Shown here: piece after piece, positions 49,489 through 62,763 of the stretch
Position numbering within the stretch: the stretch's first letter is position 1
Layout of the letters: the number at the start of each line of letters is the position of its first letter
NCBI RefSeq assembly: GCF_006345805.1
Contig: NW_021832531.1
Location: forward strand, 186,001-250,000
DNA from: Octopus sinensis
Taxonomy: Eukaryota
Direction: 5' to 3'
Length of the DNA: 64,000 bases
Notes under the pieces: model-generated
Seen by the model: the letters and a program-made list of their open reading frames with translations, nothing else
Database searches by the model: none
What the model was told of the DNA's origin: nothing
Translations under genes and position numbers: made by a program

Positions 49489-51222
49489 ATGAACAATGTG
49501 CTTAATGTAAAATTGAGTGTATCCAAAAATGATGATTTATGTTTCTCAATGTTACAAATTCAAATAATCCCCCTTAGAAACAATCCAAACGGTTCCAGTG
49601 TCTACACAGGGAGTGTGGAATGCAGTAAACATTACTTGGTTTCCTCTTTTTCCGAACCAGTGACATTCCTCCAATGGACTGATCATGGACTTGTAATCCT
49701 TACAGAATCTGTCCTCAGTTTATGGCATTCACAAGTACTACTCTTTTTTGTACATTTAGGAGGATTATCTTAACGAATGGCAGTGTTTTTGTTGTTATCG
49801 TCACAATGGAAATGCTCTCTGTGTCGATGCCCTGCCTGAATCCCCTCTCTGTGTGTGTCTTGCTTTCCGATTTAAAGTTAAGTTTCTAATTTATCAAGAT
49901 TCTTATTATAAGGACGGGAAGGGATTTTGTGGAGGGCGACAAGGCGGTTATCCATCGACTTGAAATGCCTCGTTTTTATTTCACTAAAGCTCCACAAGTG
50001 TTGTTTAAAACTATCGAACAAGTTTATTTGCTTACTTTAACCCCACAAGACATTACTGTATGTTTATAAAATGATTTGTAGGTTTGTGAGTGGATTAAAG
50101 ATGTATGTACTGTGTCTAAAGTCAGGGAGTGTTCTCAAATAGTCCATTTTCATATATTTTCTAATCAAAATGAAGTCAATATGGTCACAATTACTGCTAA
50201 AATTAACATAAATGTTGATTTGAGGAGAAAAGATGGTCTTTTTTCGTGGATTAAAATAAAATCTGTCGAGCTTGGGCAAGATTTTGGCAATCGTTTTGTG
50301 GGAATGGATGGACAAGTGGCTGTTCTGTCCACTAAACAGTGTCATCTGATCAATTTCGCTGACAGTTCCTATCAAACTCTCCAACTTGAGCACGTTATTG
50401 GAAATTAATTAAAATTAGGTCCCACTTGCGGTTTATAGAACTAAGAGCGGAGATTTGCTAGTTATGGACGATTCATTGATAGTCCGACGACTGGGAACTG
50501 CCAGTATTCGTCCTGATTCTACTGAAATGGTAAAGTCAGTTCTCAATACGTGTTCTGTTATCCTAAATGGGAGTATTGAGGTTTGTTTTTGAATACTCGA
50601 ATGGAAGGGAGGACGTGTTTGTGTTGAAAAATACGAGCAAATGCGTCCTCTTTTGGTGTGGACGACACATCTGGTTAGTCTACTGGTAATGCAGATTTAC
50701 ATGCGGGCTGTCGGAATTCAAGATTCGTCCGTTTTCCAAGCGGATTGTGCATTCATAAACAACCTCAGGACTTGTTTGGTCCACGTCAAATCGTGGCAGA
50801 CTCAACATTCTTTTCGTCCTTCACTTCTCAACAACACTGACTGGGTTGATCGCTGTCATACTCTCATATGTTTTCTTCACAATTCTTTAATCAAAAAACA
50901 AGGTGGTTCGTTCGAAGATTTGCTTTCTGAGTCAGATTTGGGTGAAGAATGTAGAAATATTTTGCAAATATCACGAATCCCTTCTTTTCATTCAACGAAT
51001 ATTTCAAAAAAAGATTTTTCTAATGCTTCCAAATTGCAAGAATCTGCTGCTCTCAGACCAGCAGATAACTTTGGGGATGACTCAAAGACACACAGCTACA
51101 GACAATGTTCTCGATGTCCTCTCACATCGGACATTAACCAGTGGCCGTTACTTACTCTTATTGGTGCTGAGATGAGATGTTTATGCGGCGGAGCGTGGGT
51201 TCGTAAATATAACGATTCTTAA
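49489..51222 (+). CDS. MED16: Mediator subunit 16, divergent and shortened
   Basis: EPVTFLQWTDHG...SLWHSQ|DYLNEW resembles MED16 EAITCLEWD...DHLANSW. C-terminal RQCSRC...CLCGGAW matches the MED16 CTRC...CLCGGLW zinc ribbon. Confidence 0.7.
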
Positions 51223-51436
51223 TATTCATTCTCTATTTTGTATTAAAATAACTCAAAAAAACACTTTTTGACATTAAGAAGTATTTTATAAAGGATATTT
51301 TTAAAATATAAAAACTTGGAAATTTTTACAAACCATGTCAAATGCTATCTTAAATTAACTTTTATAAAAAGAAAGTACTATTTTTAAAGATCTATATAAC
51401 CTTACTTTACATTAATTAAATCAAATAAATAATTTT

Positions 51437-52817
51437 TCACAATTCATCCATGAAACTGTACCTCGAATGGGAAGGAGCCAAATTCTTGAATTTTGACTCA
51501 GAAACAACAGAATTTGTAATTTTCTCAGTTTCTTTAGTTTCAAAAACATTTTCGCTTTCCGCGTCCTTAGAAACGTCAAAATTATGAAACTTCTTGTGCA
51601 GTTTCCCACTAAAAAAATCATTCGCATATCCGACAAACTCCGCCATATTCGACCTAAAAAACATCAAAAAACACAAACTTAAACGAAAGAACAATGTCCC
51701 CTGTAAACAGAAACATGTGAGCCAAACTGTCGATTACAAAGAGAGGACAATTATCACTGCTTCGTCCCAAATAATTCAACGGGTGATCAAAAATATCGCA
51801 ATCCACGTGAACAAACACAACTTTGTCCTCAACTTGGTGGAGAAGAGAGTCAATTTGTATTTTATAGAGTTCGACTGACTCTGTGTCTTCTTTCTTGTGG
51901 AATAAAACAAACAAAGGCTTTCCTTCGTCAGTGATTTCCTTCAATTTTATCACAATAAAAAACCTCCGCGTTTTGGAATGTCATTTCACGGAGTTTTTCG
52001 TGTGTCACTTGCCTTATCCACTGCCCTACACGCACATAGTCGTCAAAATCGCCAGAATAGTACATCCAAGTGTTCTAGGACATGACAACGACCATTACAT
52101 CGACAGATCTATAATAACGAAGACTCTCTCCGTTGTGCATTTCCTTCTCAAGACTAAGATCACTATAAAACACGGAAAACTCAATTCCGACGTAAATTTG
52201 ACTGAAATGTCCACAAAATAAGACAAGTTGGTCAATCGGAGATTTCGAAAAAAATCCAATGAGAAAATTTGTGCCATTTTGTTTCAAAATTTCGAGTTCT
52301 TCGTAAGAAGTGACTCGTATGCTCTTATCTTTCAGATTGTCGGAAATCCAGTTTAAAATACTTTCTGGAGACCGATCTCCGCGATATTCCTTTATGCGTT
52401 GTCCATGTGAATACAAAATAGTTGTCGGATATTTTCTAATTTTGTGATTAGTACATAAATTTACTAAAATTACAAAAAATGTATTTTACTGTTTTCTGTA
52501 CATTCGATGGCTGTAATACTGACTTGTTTAAGGTCCTTTAGTTGTGTATAAATGAAAGATACCGTTTTTTGACCGACTTGTTCGGCTACATTTGATATCA
52601 CCAACTTCATGTGTTGGGAGAAGGGACACCAATTCGTGTGATAAGTGAGGAGGACAAAATTGTTATTATCTACATATGTGATTTATAATTTGTCAGACTT
52701 AGATGCTCGTTTATACTTTCTTCGTTAATTTCTATCAAATTACTTGTGAAAATTTCCTTTGATAGTATAAATGATGAAATAAGATTATACCAGTAAAAAC
52801 CACACAAAAAAAAGCAT
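51437..52817 (-). CDS. ERP44: ER resident thioredoxin-family protein ERp44
   Basis: Signal peptide, NWCPFSQH (ERp44 WCRFSQ), IRKYPT...KEYRGDRS, and C-terminal FKNLAPSHSRYSFMDEL*. Confidence 0.88.
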
Positions 52818-52961
52818 ACGATCCTGGAAGCGATTAGAGTTTTTATAATTAATTAAATAATTTTTATTTATTATTTTTTTAAGAATTATAAATTTTATTT
52901 GTTAATCTTAAAATTTAATCTGACTTTTACTTCCTATATTTCTAAAGTAGGCAAGTAGCTA

Positions 52962-54311
52962 CAGTCCCGTGCAATGAAAAGAGGCCACCTAAAGAATATT
53001 TCTAAAAATAGAAATACTCAAAAATTAAAGTATGAAATTTTCTAAAAAATTCAACAAACTCTTTTTCTTCGTCTTAATTATCCATAAAAAACTAAATATA
53101 AAAGTTATTTTTCATTATAATGCCAATTTTATTTAATTTATTAAATTTGACCATTTCTGGGTCATGCAATGAAAAGAGGCCACTTTATTTATTTACTAAC
53201 TTTAAATCAAAAAACAAACTTTAAATCAAACTTCCTTTACAATTATAGACTGAATATATTCTTCTGGGCATCGAATTATATAATTCCCTAATAAAACTGT
53301 CATCAATTGCCTCCCATTTCTCTTTCGTAATTTTCCATAAGTCCTGTACTGTTTCAGGGACTTTTAATCGTATTTTTGACTTTAGCAAACACCAAACATG
53401 CTCAATTATATTGAGATCCGGTGATTAACTTGGCCAATTTTCTATTATAGTAATGCCACTGTTATTTAAAAAATCTCTTGTAGATTTAGATGTGTGGCAA
53501 GTTGCGCCATCTTGCTGAAATTTGTAATTTGATGTATATAAATCATTTAATCCTTCAGATATAATAGATTGATAACGTGCAGAATTTAGTTTTTCATTGC
53601 ATAATATTAAAATTCTTTTGCCATCAAATCGTATCGCTCCCCATACCGTTATGCTAGGGGCAAATTTGACGGTTTCTGAAGTGTATTTTTTTTCATATCT
53701 CATTGAAGGTGGTCTTCTGACATATTCTCTTGAATTGAAGAGCTGAATTCGACATTCGTCCGAAAAAATCACAAATTCCCAGGCCATATTAAACATCGAC
53801 TGACACCAATATTTTCGAGCCATCATATGTCAACACGTAAGTCAAGGTTTTTTGGCAGCAATCCTCCCGAATAAATTATACCTCCTCAATGTACGTCTAA
53901 CTGTATCTATAATCACGGAATTATCAATATTGATCGATTTTTTGAGTTCAGAAGCTGTTTTCTTGGGATATTTTTTCGATGTCCTGACAAGAATCCTTTC
54001 ATTTCTAGGAGATAATTTCCTCTTCGCTCCAGTGTGAATACGGCCAAAATAGCCAAAACCAGATATGTAGCGTTGAAATATTTTTTGGATCGCACATCGA
54101 GAGATTTTAAGTTTTTTTGATACTTGTCGCTGACTCATTCCATTTTTCAAAAAACTAATAACTTTTTGACGATTTTCAAAAGATACACGAGGCATGAAAT
54201 AGAATTAACACGTTTTAGTTAGATTTAAATGGATATTTAACAAAAATAATGTAATTAAATCTAAATATATTTTAAAAAAATAAAGTGGCCTCTTTTCATT
54301 GCACGGGACTG
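52962..54311 (-). mobile_element. Tc1-like transposon with DD35E spacing; transposase 53221-54195
   Basis: 27-bp perfect TIRs CAGTCCCGTGCAATGAAAAGAGGCCAC, TA flanks, inner direct repeat at 53165-53183. One continuous 325-codon frame with three internal stops; FSDEC, QQDGA.CH, SPDLNIIE. Confidence 0.95.
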
Positions 54312-54466
54312 TATTTTAAGGATATTTAAAAACTAACTTATCTAATTATTTGTCGTATTTTAAAAATGTTTTTTTCAATTTTAATAAAATTGAATAATTA
54401 AACTACTTTTGTGTTAAGATGGCTAACAATGAAATGTAATAAAATTATTATAGATAAAAATTACTA

Positions 54467-56002
54467 ATGAACATTGCCTTTTTTATTTTTCCACTTTTAT
54501 GTTTTGGCTATAATGTTATTCTGTTTATTTAAATTTCACACAGACAGAGCCTTTAATATTAACGGATTATATAAATTCTGGAAAAATTGCAATAGGGAAA
54601 GAAATGAGCAAAGTAGACTCATTTCTTGGTGAAATCGAAAGCTATTCCGGTTTTTTCAGAGTCAGTGATGATTGTGTTCGAAATATGTTTTTTTGGTATT
54701 TTCCTGCACAAGTAAGACATTTTTAAAGATTATTAGAATGGAAATACTTCTGCGCCTTTGTTAGTTTGGCTCCAGGGTGGTCCAGGGGCTGCTTCATTGT
54801 ACGGACTTTTTGTAGAAAATGGTCCTTATTATTTGGACTCGGACAATAACAGTGCCATCTTTTATTAGTTTTTAGTCCAAATAAGAATGCTTTCATGGAC
54901 TAATGAATATCATGTTGTGTACATCGATAATCCAGTTTATTAGATTTTTGAGATTTTAGGTCGGAGTTGGATTTAGTTTTTCTGAAAGTGAATGTTATCT
55001 TACAACCGAAGAACAAGTTGGTAATTATTTATCAGAGTAATTTATCAGAATTAATTTGATTAGATTAATGAGACAATTTTATGTAATATTTACTAATTTG
55101 CGATCAAACCCACTTTACATCACAGGAGAGTCTTATGCAGGTAAATATGTCCCGGCCATGGTGTATGCAATTGACCAATACAACCAAAATAACCCCACAC
55201 CAATCAACCTTGTCGGAATGGCTATTGGAGATGGCCTTTGTGATCCTTATAATGTTAAATTCGAATTAACAATATAGATGATGAACTATGGGACATATTT
55301 ATACAACATTGGACTCATTTTTGACAATCAAGTAGAATTTTTCGACAATTATAGCAATTTAATTCGAGAAAATATTGAACAAGGCAATTACTTGCAAGCT
55401 AGCAAAGTACATTTGACTGTTAAATCACAAGTATTTTGACTTGACTAAAGACTTAATTCGGAATAAAACTGGGCTTACGAATATTTACAATTTCTACTCT
55501 GACGAGGTTTGTTTGAAATTAAAACAAATTATTTATAAGGAAATTCCGTACAATTTCCAAGACTTTGTGAATAATAATTCATATAAACTCAACGCAGGGA
55601 ACAGGACATTTTATGATTATTCGATGGCTCCACGAATGGCACTCTATGAAGACAGAACAAAGTCAATGGCCTCTACAGTGACTTATATTCTTAATGCAGG
55701 CTATAAAGTACTTTTATGTGATTTTCATAACATAGACTCTTTTTTTCTCTGGACAATTAGACATAATTGTGCCCTTCCAAATGACTTCAGCATTCTTGAG
55801 AAATTTAGAATGGGAGGGCAAAGAAAATTTTTTTCGTGCTTCGCAGCAACGTTGGTATTCAAAAACTGGAAGAGTAAACGGCTATTACTTATCTTCTCAA
55901 AATTTGATGCAGTTAGTTGTCAGAAACGCTGGACACATGGTTCCTATGGATCAGCCTGAAGCGGCATTGGAAATGTTGAGGTTATTTATTTACGAATTTT
56001 AA
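54467..56002 (+). CDS. CPVL: Serine carboxypeptidase, CPVL-like (S10)
   Basis: PLILTDYI..GKI, SYSGFF, MFFWYFPAQ, WLQGGPG, YIDNPVGVGFSF, GESYAGKY, GQLDIIV, RNAGHMVPMDQP. Confidence 0.92.
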
Positions 56003-56271
56003 TTAATTTTCTGCACTTTGGTATTTTTGGACAATTTTACTAACTTTCAAATAATCTCTTACTTTGATTTTAATTATTATAAATATAATTTACTCAAAAA
56101 CCAGAAATATTTGATTAACAAATCTAGAGAATGCAATCTTGAGTATTTACGATATCATTCTCAATTTGCTGATATATTTAATTTATCAAAGCCAAAGTTT
56201 CTCAAAATTGATTATAAAAAATTAAATTCGAAAAATATAAGTTTTATTATGAACATCACCAATCTAAATAC

Positions 56272-59200
56272 TCAGTAATGACACCGAGAAACGTGTTGCA
56301 CAAATCTTAAGTCATCAAAAATCTTATATAAAGAATTATTTCAAAGAACGAACCTCCTCTACGTTAGAACCAATTTTCCGAGCCAGTTCTCTTCTTTCGT
56401 ACAAATCCAAAAAAATAAATTCATCCAAAAGCTGTTTATCCAACACGTCAGACTTATTACCGAAAGAAGCAACTTTGCAGTGTTGTTTTCTATCCACTAA
56501 CAATTACACAAAACCGATAAGCGGCTGGATTCAGATTTGCATTATGAGACACACTCCCACACAACAGATTCTGCAAAATACGAAGACGTTTGAATATTTT
56601 CTCGTCTAAAGGCACCAAACATCCAATTCCTCCATCGTTATTTACTAAGCGATGACTCGAACGATTACTCATGTATGTAATCTGGGGCTGGTTTTGACTT
56701 TCCTGGGCCATTCTCCACATGCAAGTAACATTTGAACCAATATGAAAAGACATCTTCAAAGTCAACCACTGACCGCTGCTATTCTCCAAACAAACTACAA
56801 ATTACAAACCAGAAAACCTTCAGGTCGATAATCCAAAACATTAACATGTTTATCTACACATGCTACAAATGTTTAAAACTAACAAAACCGACAAAAAAGA
56901 GTTGTTTTCCGTTAACCAAGTACTCCACTGAGAGAGGCTCCATTTTTTCGACATGCTGTGTAAGTTAATAAACAAAATACCTTAGTAACAAGTGATAAAA
57001 CCCTATTTTCAGCATCAAAGTGAAGCAAAGCAACACTTTTAACAAGATCGGCCATGAGAATAAAATTATTTAGAGATGTCATTGCAGTGCAGTACACATT
57101 TGAGTCCACAAAGGCAATTGCTGTCAATTCATTATCACTGTGCCGAATTGTCAATACATACACTTTCTGTCCAATCGCGGAAACCAGGTACCCGTTGCAA
57201 CCACACAAAGCAGTAGTCGGCCCTCTTTGCTCCTTTCCATAAAACTCCTGAAATAATCCATAAAAATCAGTCACCTTAAACCGATATTTCAACAGAGGAT
57301 TCCCAAGTTCGGGGACCACATCAACAATTTGGTACAAATACATCTGAATATACTTGGAGAACAACCTTTCCGCGGGTACTGACTTCCTCTCCGGAACAAC
57401 TTATCGTGGCCACCGCCAAAAAATCTGTTTTTCCAGTCGCTGAAGACATCTCCTTTAACGTTATGAATTTTGCTGATGTCACGTGTTCCCATAACTCAAA
57501 CTCAACTCTAAATAAGGATGAATTAGAGACAAACCTTGTAGTGCTAGCCTCTTCAAAGTCTGCGGAGAGCAACTTTATATAAAACCAGCTTATCTTTGGT
57601 AGAACAAAATTTGGTTCTAAAATATAACAATTTTTTAAAAAAAACCTGTATTTACTTGAATAACTTCTCTCTCATCTTCTAACATGTGTACTAGAATATC
57701 ATTCGGTCTCTCCTCACTGCAAACAAGAGCGTATAACTAAAGATAGGAATAATAAACATTCACATTTTTTGTCGGATTATAACATATGAAATGAACTGTT
57801 GATTTTTGTGTCGTTCGTGTAGAAATCCATTCATCGTCTACCAACGAGCCACACTCCGATTTCAAAGAAGAAATATTCATAATATTCTATAAATTTGCTA
57901 TGTAATATTACTTGATCTGTAAAGTAGATAAACCCGTCAATACACTCACTGGCGTTACAAAAAGAGTCAAATGATGTAATTGGACCACCACCCATTGGAT
58001 GACTCCGCAGCACTCCATTCGGAGACATCACAAACCAAGTAGGTTGTGCACCACATAGAAACATCTACAATTATCTATGACCAAATATACTCCAGAATAT
58101 CCACCAATGTTGTCAAATGGCCTTAAAATTCTATTTGCCAACTTTTTTTGCTGACTTGAGTGCCCAAGTAACAACGATCCCTTAAGCCGTTTAAATCTAA
58201 GTTTTTGTTTGTTTGAAAATATGCGAAAAGCCTCATAAATATGAAACTCGTTGTCATTCGCCACCTTCAAATTTCATCAAACAAATTTACAAAGAGCAAA
58301 TGTCTCCTTGAATTCGTCCCCATCGCCAATAAGACAACTTCATTGATTCCTTCTCCACTGAAAAAATTAATATCCTCCTTCTGCTTATTAGGGAAAGTGT
58401 ATTGTGGGCTAGGAATGATACACTAGAAGAACAACTCCGTAGAATATTCATTTATGTCGCCAGTTCCGCAGATCAGTCGTCCAAATGTGTGCAAATTTGG
58501 GCTACAAAATAAAATCTCATTTTTCGGCCAAGACCAAATCTTTAAAATATAGTGCCACAAAAAACCTCAAATTGCCACGTTTCTCTACGAATTATAATTA
58601 CCCACACGTTTCCCGGACTATAAATTAATTGAACCAATAAAACGACTTTTCTGGCGATAAAAACCCCGATTTATCATTAAAAACTGAAAAAGTTGCAATT
58701 AAAGAGCCATCCCCAAATTTCAGGGAATCTATCCTTATTTGACCCTCATCTTCCACCGTGAGCGTATAGAGTTGCCCACATGAAGACAGGAGCAACAAAA
58801 AACCAGAATTCAACACATCAGCACGCTGACAAGCACGTGGAAGAGAAATAGAGCCGATTCGACAATCTAGAAATAAATAGTATTAGAAAATCACTTTTAT
58901 TGAACAAATAAGCAGATTGTGGACAAACTTGAATAAAATAGTCCTCCATCAACGTCGAAGCAAATATCGTAGTCTCCATCGTGCTGAATCCCCCGTCTTC
59001 AATTTCCGTGATTTCCTCCCCATTTGAAAAAACCTGCCTAATAACCAGAAGACAAACCAACGTCCCACTCAATCTACTGATCAGTAAAAGGTCGTGAGAA
59101 GCCGATCCTTTTAAACGCAGAGAGAAAATATCCACAGAGTCCGTTAGTCTGAAAGATGTCTTAATTGCAGGCTTGATTGATCTCTAAATAATCATTTCAG

Positions 59201-60900
59201 ACAATTCAAAGTACTTTTAGACACGTGACTTGTCCACCCAACCCATATCCTGACGAAATGACAATTTTTACTGAAGGATCTTCACTGGGGTCGGAATATG
59301 CAAGATCTGAGTGCAGACATGGAGCAATATTGTAGAATTCATAACACATCTGTCAATGTTGGGCAATAAAAGTTAAACTGATAATGATATTGATGATCCG
59401 ACAAAAAATTGATCAAATTTTTGAGCAGCCACTCCGTAAATATCCTCAAATCTCACCGTCTTTAAAGATTCCTGATTGTCTTTAAAACTTAAAAAATAAT
59501 TCAAACCCTCAGAAACTGTTTCCGGCTGAAAACGCGATTTTCTTTCATTTCCGTTAACAGAAGCCTAAAAATGAACATCTTGGAAACCTCAATTCTCAAC
59601 ACCTGCGAATGTCCGAGAATCGATGCGACAAATACAAATTTAGAAAACACACGAACCTAATAAATCTGAGTAATATAAATACGCAGAATGGAGGGGAAAC
59701 GTAGAATGGGACATAAATATGTTTCAAATCCAATTGGCGGACTATTCTGAATTGATCGTCAATAATATTGAGCAAATATCTTTAATTTTAAATTATTACC
59801 CAAACATGGTGGAATCAGGATGAATTATAAGAACTTGACTTGATGAAATAAATGTCCCGATTGCCCCCTCGATGGAAATTCCCGAACAGTCTTCCCCTCC
59901 AAATGGAAATGAGGAAGACTCTCTTGCGATTGAATTGAGGGCAATAGCACACACAGGAGATCCTTGGTTGAGATATATCAAACTATTCATAGCCATAATA
60001 AGAACACCACCTAAAATAATAAAACTAAACATTTAAACAAAGAGGACGGGGAACAGAAAGCAAAGCCTGACAATCGTAAGGAAGACCAGAATAAGACCAT
60101 ATTATAGGCGAAAATGACTCCACAAGGGATAAAGAAATTGCCACAAGAGCAAATGTGTCCCGAATTGTGGAAACAAGTCTTAAATTTAAATTGATAAATA
60201 ACCCAGCCCAGGTGAGATATGGTTCGTACATAATGAGGAGGGTTGGCTCGTTATAACCAGTAAGAAATTGCATGTCCATTACATTTATTATTCTCTCTTC
60301 ATAAGCCGTCCAAAGGTCGATTTGGAAAGAATTTGGATTTGAATCTGCACTTGTCTTGATAAATGGAAGAACAAATAAATAAGGTTCGTGTGATAGAAGA
60401 ACACAACAATTACTTTCCTGATCAGTCCTCAAAAGTGGTGGTAAATTAGTTGAACTATATTTCGAGGCCTATGAGTTATCACTGGTTTTAAACTTCGGAT
60501 AAATGATGTTCAAAATTATGCATAGACGTGGTTATTAAGTCATCGACATCAAAATCATATTTCATAACCACAATCTACTATTTGGACATGTAGAAAGTAC
60601 TTTACACAAATCAAACGAGACTATGAGAGATGTCAATCCCTCATTAATTAGATGATCAAGGCCGGTTATATTACCAAACAAATCAAGCGACAATTTGTAC
60701 TCAAAAACTGGAAAGTTAGTCTTTTTTAATTTATTATTATTAAATACGTTCTCATTGACTATGTTATAGACATAGATTGTATTATTGGTTGCCACAATAA
60801 GAGAATTGTAGTCTTCGGATATTAATTTGCAGCACGTGCAAAATCTGAGTGCTGTGTTGGAATGGATTTGGGAATATAGGCAGTAAATATCCTTAGACAT
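56272..60900 (-). CDS. CPSF1: Cleavage and polyadenylation specificity factor subunit 1 (CPSF160), multi-exon
   Basis: N-terminus YCLYSQIHSNTALRFCTCC; SYTWAG..S.IRDT; FLCGAQPTW; GSHPM; RYPLQPHKA..GP.TALCGCNGYLVSAIGQKVY; GGIGCLVPLDEK.FKRL..LQN; ERRELARKIG. Confidence 0.93.
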
Positions 60901-61686
60901 TACTCTTATAAAATAATTATTAATTTACAACATACGAGTAGGATCCCACAAAACGAGTCAATTTTAAATTAAAATTTTTATATTGTAATTCAATCTAATA
61001 AAATAACAAATTTAAAATTCTATCAACTGATTTATTTTTAAAAAATTTTCTAGTTTTCAAAAACAAATATAACTGTCCTAAACCGCCTCAACAATCCATT
61101 CTCGCCTCGTTGTAACTATCTCAATTTTTTTATTACTAACTAAAAAATTATTAATGCATTTTTTACTGTATTTGTCATTTTAATAACCCTATTATTATTT
61201 AAAAAAAGTAATTGATTAACCAACTGTTGCTTGTTGAAATGGCCAATAAGTTTAATTTTAACTTAATTTAATGTCTGTGACTTAAAAAAAATTAGATCCA
61301 CTAACTTACTTAAAATTGGTTTATTGCAATTTTAAGAATAAAATAAACAAGTCTAGACAGTGATAATTGAAGGGCTATGTCATTGAGATTGCTTTAATCA
61401 ATAGTAATATTTGAATTTGAAATAAATCACGGTGTGCATAAACTGCATTAATTATTACTTTGCACTTAATGTCAAAATTATGATTTATTATATGAACCAT
61501 TTTTATAGAAAAGTAAAAAAACGAATAAATTCTTTATTGACTGCTGTTATAATTAATCTTTTCATCATTTTTCCTGATTTTTTCATCAATGAATAAGCTA
61601 AATTAATTAAGACGTTTTCATTAGGCATTAATAATAAAAAGAATATAACAATCACAATACATTAAGCCGTAAATCACATCGGTGGA

Positions 61687-62763
61687 ATGCAGCTTTACGT
61701 TCTTCTTTTATTTTTGCTATTTTTTTCCATCAAACCAGGTCAAAATGAGTTTTTATTAAAAGATGCTGAAAAAATTATTTACGTTGAAGTTATGGGTCAA
61801 ATCTCTCTTTCATGTCTTGGAAGTAAAACCATTAAAGTTGAGATTCAGAAATAAAGAATTTAGTTTTCGAAATTGTTTTGGCTTAAAGACAATGTCAGTA
61901 TAATAACAAGAGGAGAAAACACTCTTGACCCAGTCTTTGAAATTGATTTAAAAACTTATTCATTAAAAATTAAACGATTTATGCCTCATCTAGAAGGCTC
62001 TTATAAGTGCAAAAACTCGTCTTATCTCATTATTTTGGGAGGTTAAAAATATTTAGTTATAAATTCAGAAAAGCCAGTTATAAAAATTAAATCTCCTGAG
62101 GCTGTCGTCGCAGGATTCGGAATTTCATTACATTGCCAAATAACACAAGGAATCCCCAAACCACAATTAGTTTGGGTCAAAGTTTTAAAAAATCATAAAA
62201 AACAAATCTGTCAAGTAAATTAGTTTCCTAAAGCATAGAACTGTCCTACAATAAAAATTAACACTACACGTGATCGCAGTGTCAAATATAAATGCATTGC
62301 ATCTAATTCTTTAGGAGAATTTACTCGACAAGCATTTTACAAATTATTGAGTTTGTCAGTTTCAATTTTTTATTAGCCACCTCCCTGAAATTTGACAATA
62401 ATAAAACTCAGACTGTCGTCTGTAGAGCACAATATCACAAATGCGTTTCCTCTATCAATTTTTACTGGTTTTTGAACCATTTACCAATTAGTGGTACATT
62501 CAGGAGGTAGAAATATTATAACCTATAAATCTAGAGATTTAAAAGCTGAAACTCATTACATTACGTCATTTTTGAAAATTGAAAACAAAAAATTTGAGCA
62601 TATAAGTTGCTTGGTAGAATATGAAATAGTGTCAGAATATTTCAATGTAACCAAAATTTTAAAACATGTTCCATTTTACGAAATTAAAAGTTTTACATAT
62701 TGTCGCTTCTACTCAATTACTTATCTCGTTTATGTCTTAATAAATTACATTTTAAACTTTTAA
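61687..62763 (+). CDS. Surface immunoglobulin-superfamily protein (~3 Ig domains; IgLON/nectin-like layout); 3' part uncertain
   Basis: Signal MQLYVLLLFLLFFSIKP; ISLSC...WLKD...YSLKI...EGSYKC; KPVI...ISLHCQITQGIPKPQLVW...YKCIASNSLG; third domain VVCRA...FYWF; hydrophobic C-terminus. A frame discontinuity near 62490 is unresolved. Confidence 0.72.

Noticed and set aside
53425-53844. In-frame TGA/TAA in an otherwise intact Tc1 transposase as evidence of stop-codon reassignment
   Set aside because: Host genes here terminate normally at TGA (CCNQ, ERP44, CPSF1) and TAA, and need no read-through once micro-introns are removed. The stops are ordinary nonsense mutations.
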